This document shows positions 56,887 through 64,000 of a stretch of DNA of 64,000 nucleotides, one piece after another (the stretch's first letter is position 1; each line of letters starts with the position of its first letter). This stretch comes from Candidatus Omnitrophota bacterium. GTDB taxonomy: Bacteria > Omnitrophota > Gorgyraeia > Gygaellales > Profunditerraquicolaceae. The stretch spans positions 44,949 to 108,948 of the forward strand of contig JAPLLX010000006.1 of the NCBI GenBank assembly GCA_026387335.1, given 5' to 3'. Below the pieces are notes generated by a model, which saw only the letters and a program-made list of their open reading frames with translations, made no database searches and was not told the DNA's origin. The position numbers and the translations under genes were made by a program.

Positions 56887-57402
56887 TTAATTCCTCAGCT
56901 TTACAACAAACTCGCCGGTATCCTGAACCAACCTGCCGGTATTCGAAACCTTACTTGCCGTTAAATTAACCTGGATAGTTTCATTCTGCGTTCTGGTAAA
57001 TTGCAACCCCGTGATATTATTGGCGATAATTGTAGTAGCCCCCCCGCTAACTGCTCGCTGAATCCGATTAGAGGCGTTTAGCGAATAGGTTATATTCGGC
57101 GACCACTCTATATCCCCCGCCGTAGTAACAACATATCCATCCCCGTTTAAATCCTGAGGTATTTTAAACACAACGGAACTAGCGGGGCTGTTTAACGTTA
57201 TATTTATTTTAGCCGGGCTGGTTTCGTTTAATTCCTGCCCCATAACGATAATCGAGCGGGCAATCTCCTGCCTCAGCTGAATACTTACATCCGCGTTCAA
57301 CCACGAGCGTTGGCCTATGGATAAAACCAGAAAAAGCGACACTATTAAAATAGCGAGAACAACACTCGTAACCATAATCTCTACCAGAGTAAAACCACGC
57401 AT
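56887..57402 (-). CDS. PilW-like prepilin
   Basis: MRG|FTLVEIMV class III signal; C-terminal ...VKLRN. Confidence 0.85.
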   Translation of the reverse strand: MRGFTLVEIMVTSVVLAILIVSLFLVLSIGQRSWLNADVSIQLRQEIARSIIVMGQELNETSPAKINITLNSPASSVVFKIPQDLNGDGYVVTTAGDIEWSPNITYSLNASNRIQRAVSGGATTIIANNITGLQFTRTQNETIQVNLTASKVSNTGRLVQDTGEFVVKLRN

Positions 57403-57405
57403 AGT

Positions 57406-57936
57406 TTACCTGTTCGCAATCTGGGTGATTAATTCCATCGGAGAGTCTATGATACCGTTTCCGTTAGTATCCTCTCCGGAATTAAGACTGCCGTTTAAGT
57501 TTACGTCTTCGCCGAGTACCCTGTTTCCTTGCCGCCAACAAACACTTACCGTTGCTGTCAGGATCTTAGGCGCGGTTGCGTTGTCTATATCTATATACAC
57601 CACACCCATATTAGCCGGCATATTGTTTACGCTAAAAGTCAAGGCCCAACGATTGGTAGCCACATTAGTCAGGTTATAAAAATTTCCGTTCAACCTTATC
57701 TGAGGCTGCACTTTGTCGGAAAGAGTAGTAAAGGGAGTAGCCCGGATTTGTTCGATAACTCCTTGAGAGGCTGAAGCAGCGATGTTAGTATTCTTGGAAA
57801 TACTTACTAAGTTAAAAGAAGCAAGATAAGTAGCTAAAATCCCGCAAAGGGCAAAACCCAGAATACCTACAGCCAGAAGAACCTCGGCCAAGGTAAATCC
57901 GCTTTTAGCTAAACTCCTAGCCAACTTTAACCGCAT
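57406..57936 (-). CDS. PilV-like prepilin
   Basis: KSG|FTLAEVLLA class III signal; TVSVCW. Confidence 0.85.
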   Translation of the reverse strand: MRLKLARSLAKSGFTLAEVLLAVGILGFALCGILATYLASFNLVSISKNTNIAASASQGVIEQIRATPFTTLSDKVQPQIRLNGNFYNLTNVATNRWALTFSVNNMPANMGVVYIDIDNATAPKILTATVSVCWRQGNRVLGEDVNLNGSLNSGEDTNGNGIIDSPMELITQIANR

Positions 57937-58570
57937 GATCGCTCCCGATACTTGACTCTAGCGTATTTATGAATTTTTTCTTAAAATCTTCCGCGCAAAT
58001 ATTATTCCCTAATTCTGACTCAACAGACGTTATCATTATATCCATACCGCAGGGCCTAATCAAGGAAAAATTGGCTAAATCGTCCCGTTTAATATTAATA
58101 CTTAACCCGTGAAAAGTGATCCAGTTTCTGACCGCAATACCGATAGAAGCTATTTTACGCTCCCCAACCCAGACACCGGTCAGGCCTAGGCGCCTTTTTC
58201 CTTTTATCCCGCACTCGCTTAATGCGCTGATAATTAGCCCTTCCAGGAACCTTAAGAACCAATTAATATCTTTTTTTAGATAATTCAGGTTAAATACCGG
58301 ATATACGGTTAACTGGCCCGGACCGTGATAAGTAACATCACCACCCCGCTCCACATCATAAATAGTTATTCCTTTATTTTTTAGTTCCTCGACGGAAACG
58401 GTAATATTGCTTTTTTTAGCGCTTCTACCGCAGGTAATAACCGGATAATGCCGGCAAATAACCAAAACTTTATCCAAAACCCCACTTTTTACCTCCTGGA
58501 ATAATTCCCTTTGTAAGGCATAAGCCTCCGGGAAACTAACCAGGCCTAAGTCAATTATTTTTAAAGCCAT
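57917..58570 (-). CDS. lipB: Octanoyltransferase
   Basis: H.PV.T.G, RGGDVTYHGPGQL, KIASIG, PCG. Confidence 0.93.
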   Translation of the reverse strand: MALKIIDLGLVSFPEAYALQRELFQEVKSGVLDKVLVICRHYPVITCGRSAKKSNITVSVEELKNKGITIYDVERGGDVTYHGPGQLTVYPVFNLNYLKKDINWFLRFLEGLIISALSECGIKGKRRLGLTGVWVGERKIASIGIAVRNWITFHGLSINIKRDDLANFSLIRPCGMDIMITSVESELGNNICAEDFKKKFINTLESSIGSDHAVKVG

Positions 58571-58580
58571 TTTATTAATA

Positions 58581-59870
58581 TTATCTTAATGCTTCGGTTA
58601 TGGTTTCGCAAAGGGTGGGGTGAGCAAATAAAGTTTGGCGCAGGTTTTTTACAGTAAGAGAATTCCGGACGGCTAAAGTCATTATCCCGATTAATTCCGT
58701 TGCTTTTGGCCCGATGATGGAAGCGCCTATGACCATACCGGATTTTTTCTCCGAGATAATTTTTAGGAATCCCTCTGTTTCATCCATTATCCGGGCCATA
58801 CCTGAACCCAGGAAATCAAACCTATGGATATCTATATCTATTCCTTTGGATTCAGCTTTATCTTCATTCAGGCCGATAGAACCAATCTCAGGCTCGGTAA
58901 AAATACAGGCCGGGACAGAAGTTAAATCGTCAGGCTTAGCATTAGCCGGATCAGCTAGATTCTGGACCGCTAAAATACCCTGATAACCGGCAAAGTGGGC
59001 CAGCATGATTTTAGAAGCGCAATCACCGGCCGCGTAAATATTTTTTATATTTGTGCGCAGGTAATCGTCAACAATGACCCTGCCTTTATCCAGCCCTATA
59101 CCCAGTTTTTCCAATCCTAAGCTTTGAGTTTGAGGGGTTCTTCCGACACAGACTAAGAGAGTATCAAAGTCAGCTGGATTAAAAGTTAGGTCATCAGTAT
59201 TAGTGTTTACCTTGATCCCCTTCTTTTTAAACTGGGTTTCTATTTTTTTGGCCACTTCTTTATCTTCTTCCGGAAGAAGCTGGGGCATCTTCTCAACAAT
59301 AGTGACTTTTGAACCGAGAATGGAAAAAAGGCTGGCGAACTCGCAGCCTATTACCCCGCCGCCGATTATTAAAAGGGTGCCGGGGATCTTTTTAAGAGAA
59401 AGGATTTCATCACTAGAGAGGACTTTCTGGGAATCGAATTTAAATTGCGCCAGTTCGTATGGTCTGGAGCCACTGGCAATAAGAATGTTTTTTGCCTGGA
59501 GAGTTCCACTAGAAACCTTTATCTCCTGAGGCGAGATTATTTGGGCTGGGCTAGCTATAAAATCAATGCCGCTGAGCCTGGATCGCATTCCGGACCTTAA
59601 CTGTTGGATTAGCTTATCTTTTCTATCCTGAATCTTGCTAAAATCCAGCGCCGGCTCCGGCGTATTAATGCCGAAAGCGGAAGATTTCTTGATAAGGTTA
59701 AATACTTTAGCGGATTGAATTAATGTTTTGGTGGGGATACAGCCAAGATTCAGGCAGGTGCCGCCTATTTCCGATCTATCCACTAAGGCGCATTTAAGCC
59801 CAAGTTGTTTTGCTTTTAGGCTGGCGTTAAAACCAGCCCAACCCGCGCCGATTATAGCTAAATCATACAT
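58581..59870 (-). CDS. lpdA: Dihydrolipoyl dehydrogenase
   Basis: GGTCLNLGCIPTK, GGGVIG.E, AGD, HPTLCE. Confidence 0.88.
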   Translation of the reverse strand: MYDLAIIGAGWAGFNASLKAKQLGLKCALVDRSEIGGTCLNLGCIPTKTLIQSAKVFNLIKKSSAFGINTPEPALDFSKIQDRKDKLIQQLRSGMRSRLSGIDFIASPAQIISPQEIKVSSGTLQAKNILIASGSRPYELAQFKFDSQKVLSSDEILSLKKIPGTLLIIGGGVIGCEFASLFSILGSKVTIVEKMPQLLPEEDKEVAKKIETQFKKKGIKVNTNTDDLTFNPADFDTLLVCVGRTPQTQSLGLEKLGIGLDKGRVIVDDYLRTNIKNIYAAGDCASKIMLAHFAGYQGILAVQNLADPANAKPDDLTSVPACIFTEPEIGSIGLNEDKAESKGIDIDIHRFDFLGSGMARIMDETEGFLKIISEKKSGMVIGASIIGPKATELIGIMTLAVRNSLTVKNLRQTLFAHPTLCETITEALR

Positions 59871-59876
59871 AGGTTA

Positions 59877-60800
59877 TTAGCCAACAGGCAATTGCCGCAA
59901 TAAATTCCGGATAGAATCAGCTGAATGCAAAAACTTTTCTTTCTCTTCCTCGCTTAAATCCAGCTCAATGATATTCTCAATCCCGGTCTTACCCAGGCGG
60001 CAGGGGACTCCGATACAGGTATCTTTAATTCCATACTCGCCGCTTAAATAGGCGCAGACGCCTAAAATCTTTTTTTCATCTTTAGCGACAGCCTTGACTA
60101 CTTCCGTAACCGCCGCCGATGGAGCAAAGAAAGCGCTGCCGCTTCCTAAAAATGCAACAATTTCAGCGCCCCTTCCTACAGTCTTATCTACCAGGCTAGC
60201 AATTTTCTCTTTATTTAAAAACTTTTCCAGGCTTACCCCTTTTATCTTGGTATGTTTAGCCAAAGGCAACATCCCCTCACCATGCGCGCCGATTACAACC
60301 GCGTCTATATCCGCCGGCTGCAGGTTTAATTCCTCAGAAATGAGATTAGCGAATCTTGAGGCATCCAGGCTAATCCCCATCCCCAAAACTTTATTTTTAG
60401 AAAAACCCGTGACTTTCAAGGCTAAATAAGTCATCAGGTCAAGCGGATTAGTAACCATGATAACAACCGAATTAGCGGCTAACGACTTTATACTTAAACA
60501 TACTTCTTTTAATATCTGGCTGTTCTTGGCTAAAAGCTCTTCCCGGGTCATTCCGGGTTTACGGGCTAAGCCAGCGGTAATCACCACGATATCAGAATCC
60601 CGGATAGCGTTTATATCGTCAGAACCCTGAACATTATAATTAATTTTTAATATTGAACGGGCATCCTCTAGATCCAGGGCTTTTCCTTTAGCCAGGCCTT
60701 TAGCAATATCAACAAGCACAACATCGCCCAGGCCGCATTGGGCAATGCGCATAGCACTTATTGCCCCCACATTTCCCGCTCCGATAATACTTATTTTCAT
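59877..60800 (-). CDS. mdh: Malate dehydrogenase (LDH-like)
   Basis: GAGNVG, RKPGMTR, TNPLD, LD.SRF, GAHG. Confidence 0.92.
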   Translation of the reverse strand: MKISIIGAGNVGAISAMRIAQCGLGDVVLVDIAKGLAKGKALDLEDARSILKINYNVQGSDDINAIRDSDIVVITAGLARKPGMTREELLAKNSQILKEVCLSIKSLAANSVVIMVTNPLDLMTYLALKVTGFSKNKVLGMGISLDASRFANLISEELNLQPADIDAVVIGAHGEGMLPLAKHTKIKGVSLEKFLNKEKIASLVDKTVGRGAEIVAFLGSGSAFFAPSAAVTEVVKAVAKDEKKILGVCAYLSGEYGIKDTCIGVPCRLGKTGIENIIELDLSEEEKEKFLHSADSIRNLLRQLPVG

Positions 60801-60803
60801 TGA

Positions 60804-61892
60804 TTACTTCTCTTTTATTTTTTGGATAATTGCGTCGGCCATTTGAGCAGTGCCGACAATTCCAGATTCGCTGGGGCTAGGCTTAAAATCGTAGGTGACC
60901 TCTTTTCCCTCAGAAATGACTTCTTTTACCGCGTTCTCTAAAATACGGGCGGCTCTATCTTCTTTTAGGTATTCAAGCATAAGCACGCCGGATAAAATCA
61001 TCGCGGTAGGATTTACTTTATTTAACCCCTTGTATTTCGGCGCTGAACCATGGACCGCCTCAAATACCGCCATATCTTTTCCGATATTTGCTCCGGGAGC
61101 AATACCCAATCCGCCGATTAAGCCGGCGCATAAATCTGAAAGGATATCCCCGTATAAGTTAGGCAGGACTAAAACATCGTAGAGATGAGGTTTCTGGACC
61201 AATTGCATGCACATATTATCAACTATGGATTCCCCGAAAGCGATTCTCCCCGCGTAATCTTTGGCCACTTCCCGTCCCGTCTTTAAGAAGAGGCCGTCGG
61301 TAAACTTCATAATATTAGCCTTATGCACGATAGTAACTTTTTTACGATTATGCTCTAAAGCGTATTCAAAAGCAAACTTGACTATTCTTTCGGAACCGCT
61401 TTTAGATATAGGCTTAATGGAAATTCCGGAATCCGGGCGGATCTTCTTCTTAGTTGCCTCTGCAATCTCTTGAATGAGTTTTCTAGTTTCGCTTTTTCCT
61501 TCTTCAAACTCTATCCCCGCGTAAAGGTCTTCGCTATTTTCACGCACAATCACCAAATCAATATTTTTATAAAGGCTTCTTACCCCGGGATAAGTTTTTG
61601 CCGGACGAACACAAGCGTATAAATCTAAAGCCTGCCTTAGAGCCACATTAACCGAACGAAAGCCCTCGCCGATAGGCGTGATTATCGGGCCCTTAAGAGC
61701 GACTTTATTTCTTTTTATGGAATCAATGGTGGATTTTGGAAGCAACTCACCCGTTTTCTCCAAAGCCTCGGTCCCGGCTAAAGCCTCTTCCCAATCAATT
61801 TTTACGCCGGTAGCCTCTATACATCTCCTGGCGGCCGCGCTTACTTCAGGCCCTATACCGTCTCCGGGAATTAAGGTGACTTTATGGCTCAT
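60804..61892 (-). CDS. icd: Isocitrate dehydrogenase (NADP-type signature)
   Basis: [32 protein letters not shown]. Confidence 0.82.
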   Translation of the reverse strand: MSHKVTLIPGDGIGPEVSAAARRCIEATGVKIDWEEALAGTEALEKTGELLPKSTIDSIKRNKVALKGPIITPIGEGFRSVNVALRQALDLYACVRPAKTYPGVRSLYKNIDLVIVRENSEDLYAGIEFEEGKSETRKLIQEIAEATKKKIRPDSGISIKPISKSGSERIVKFAFEYALEHNRKKVTIVHKANIMKFTDGLFLKTGREVAKDYAGRIAFGESIVDNMCMQLVQKPHLYDVLVLPNLYGDILSDLCAGLIGGLGIAPGANIGKDMAVFEAVHGSAPKYKGLNKVNPTAMILSGVLMLEYLKEDRAARILENAVKEVISEGKEVTYDFKPSPSESGIVGTAQMADAIIQKIKEK

Positions 61893-62393
61893 TTAGACCT
61901 TAAGCTCTCCATGTTTCTTATAATAACTGATTATGCCGCCTTCTTTAAGCAGCTCCTGCATAAATTTAGGGAAGGGTTTTATCGGCAGGTCCATATTCTT
62001 AGTCATATTTCTGACTATGCCTTTATCTAAATCTATATCGATTAAATCGCTTTCGGCTATCTTATCCGTATCTGTTTCGATCAGGGCCAAACCGATGTTA
62101 AAGGCGTTACGGTAAAATATGCGGGCAAAACTCTTGGCTAAAACAGCTACCAGGCCGGCCTCTTTTATCACTAAAGGAGCCTGTTCGCGCGATGAGCCCA
62201 TTCCAAAATTACTGCCGGCTACTATCAGGGATTTACCCGGAATGATTTTGGCGGCAAAGCCCGGGTCAATATCTTCCATAATATGCTTAGCCAGCTCTTG
62301 CATATCGGTAATGGCAAATTTATACCTTCCGGAAATAATAAAATCCGTATTAATATTATCGCCTAACTTTAGAGCCTTACCTTCCAGTTTCAT
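61893..62393 (-). CDS. LeuD/HacB-type aconitase-family small subunit
   Basis: DNINTD.I, NFGMGSSREQA, SFARIFYRN. Confidence 0.9.
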   Translation of the reverse strand: MKLEGKALKLGDNINTDFIISGRYKFAITDMQELAKHIMEDIDPGFAAKIIPGKSLIVAGSNFGMGSSREQAPLVIKEAGLVAVLAKSFARIFYRNAFNIGLALIETDTDKIAESDLIDIDLDKGIVRNMTKNMDLPIKPFPKFMQELLKEGGIISYYKKHGELKV

Positions 62394-63436
62394 AGTTGCC
62401 TGAATTCGTCCTGGTTTTTAACCTTAGAAAGCGCGACATCTAAAGTGATCAAACCTTTTTGGGTCAACTCCTTTAAACATTTATCCATAGTCTTCATTCC
62501 GTATTGCGAGCCTGTCTGCATAAGCGTAGGTATCTGCTCAATCTCCTGTTCGCGGATAAGGTTTCTAATTCCGGAGGTGCCGATCATTATTTCTGTAGCC
62601 AACACTCTTCCCTTACCGGATGCATGCGGAAGCAACAATTGCGAAACCACACCTTGAAGACAATCTGCCAATTGCAATTTTACCTGCTGCTGCTGGTACG
62701 GAGGGAAGACGTCAATAATCCTTTCAATGGTTTGCGGCGCGTCCGGAGTGTGTAAAGTCGCTAAAACCAAGTGGCCGGTTTCCGCCGCGGTCAAAGCAGT
62801 AGATATGGTCTCTAAGTCCCGCATTTCTCCCACAACAATAACATTGGGGTCCTGGCGCAGCGCGTGTTTTAAGGCATCGGCAAAAGATCGCGTATCCGAA
62901 TAAACTTCCCGCTGCTTAATAACGCTCTTTTCATTTTTATATATAAATTCAATCGGGTCCTCTATGCACATAATCAGGCATTCTTTTTCCTTATTAATCA
63001 AATCAATCATGGTAGCCAGGGTCGTGGTTTTTCCCATACCGGTAGGCCCGGTAACCAAAACTAAACCGTTTGGCCTACGGGCCAGGTCACTGATGATCTG
63101 CGGAAGCCCTAATTTCTCAACTGTGGGAATCTCTAATGGCACGCGCCTGAATGCCGCTTCCGGAGAACCTTTTTGTAAATGGACATTGACGCGAAACCTA
63201 TCCAATCCCGGCAGGGCAAGAGAAAAATCCAGCTCCAGGTCCTTTTCAAACATCTCCTTCTGAGTATTGGTCAATATGCCATAAATCATGCGTTTGAGGT
63301 CCTGTTTATCCAAGGGAGGAAATTCCGTGCGGTGGAGACTACCGTCAATACGTAAAATCGGAGGCTCATTTTCGGTTATATGCAAATCAGAAGCGCCTTT
63401 AGCAATACACATTAAAAGCAATTCCCTTATTTCCAT
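62390..63436 (-). CDS. pilT: Type IV pilus retraction ATPase
   Basis: ASDLH, GPTGMGKTTT, EDPIE, LRQDP, ETGHLV..TLH, IRNLIRE. Confidence 0.92.
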   Translation of the reverse strand: MEIRELLLMCIAKGASDLHITENEPPILRIDGSLHRTEFPPLDKQDLKRMIYGILTNTQKEMFEKDLELDFSLALPGLDRFRVNVHLQKGSPEAAFRRVPLEIPTVEKLGLPQIISDLARRPNGLVLVTGPTGMGKTTTLATMIDLINKEKECLIMCIEDPIEFIYKNEKSVIKQREVYSDTRSFADALKHALRQDPNVIVVGEMRDLETISTALTAAETGHLVLATLHTPDAPQTIERIIDVFPPYQQQQVKLQLADCLQGVVSQLLLPHASGKGRVLATEIMIGTSGIRNLIREQEIEQIPTLMQTGSQYGMKTMDKCLKELTQKGLITLDVALSKVKNQDEFRQL

Positions 63437-63511
63437 TATTGCCTCCCTGCCCAGAAGGGCGCACCGACGCAAATCCGATCAGCGTCGGGTGTAACTCATA
63501 AAACCAAATTA

Positions 63512-64000
63512 TTAAAGAAAAATTTTTGGATCAGTAATACAGCCTTTGATTGCCGAAGCAGCCACGGTTGCCGGAGAAGCTAAATATATAAAAGCGTTAG
63601 GATTACCCATCCTGCCTTTAAAATTCCTGTTCGCTGTGGATATGACTATTTCTCCATCGCTGGGGATACCGTTATGCGTGCCTACGCATGGCCCGCATCC
63701 CGGAGACAGGATTATTGCCCCGGCTTCTATAAATACATTCACTAACTTTAACTTTATGGCGCTAAGTAATACTGACCGCGAGCTGGGAGCAATGATCAGC
63801 CGCACACCCGCAGCCACTCTCCTACCTTTTAATATTTTAGCAGCAATTTTAAGATCTTGCAACCTTCCATTTGTGCAGGTGCCTAAAAACGCTTCGTTTA
63901 TCTTTATCTCCTTTAATTCCTCTGCCGGCCTGGCGTTATCCACGCAGTGGGGGCTGGATACCTGAGGCTTAAGTCCGGATATATCAAACTCCCAAACTTT
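63512..64000 (-). CDS. LeuC/HacA-type aconitase-family large subunit, C-terminal part (runs off window)
   Basis: GTCTNGR, PGCGPCVG, STANRNFKGRMG, LASPATVAASA. Confidence 0.9.
   Translation of the reverse strand, partial: KVWEFDISGLKPQVSSPHCVDNARPAEELKEIKINEAFLGTCTNGRLQDLKIAAKILKGRRVAAGVRLIIAPSSRSVLLSAIKLKLVNVFIEAGAIILSPGCGPCVGTHNGIPSDGEIVISTANRNFKGRMGNPNAFIYLASPATVAASAIKGCITDPKIFL

Noticed and set aside
8102-63965. Many + strand ORFs of 60-220 aa in the track
   Set aside because: Antisense shadows of well-supported - strand genes; only ExeA/GspB (19051-20375) are credible.
1-64000. CRISPR array, rRNA, transposase or integrase genes
   Set aside because: No regularly spaced direct repeats, rRNA-like tracts or recombinase motifs seen.

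Overview
Bacterial chromosomal window, probably PVC superphylum (it carries the PVC small basic signature protein; Candidatus Omnitrophota is my inference from gene content). A near-canonical dif site lies at 3341-3368, and gene orientation converges on it: + strand to the left, almost entirely - strand for the 60 kb to the right. This suggests the replication terminus. Left of dif are a GH57 gene end, a membrane-anchored CBM-like protein and an orphan ParA/Soj ATPase fused to an AMPK-beta-type glycogen-binding CBM48 domain. That fusion is the best candidate here for an undescribed system (glycogen-granule positioning). A degenerate inverted repeat brackets dif. Right of dif are: a lexA-orf-dinB cassette with a candidate new LexA box; a broken inverse-autotransporter gene; carB, yajQ and cstA; PilZ genes and an ExeA/GspB pair; a ~20-kb housekeeping run from rpsU to aroB (acc, efp, pfk, gmhA, thi genes, and a tRNA-Gly overlapping the thiC stop); two long intergenic hairpin elements; a cobamide uptake/salvage operon with two cobalamin riboswitches; a glycolipid cluster; and a LeuCD-like/IDH/MDH/LpdA/LipB cluster interleaved with pilT and minor pilins. 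I saw no CRISPR array, rRNA or transposase. All family calls come from reading motifs by eye, not from database searches.
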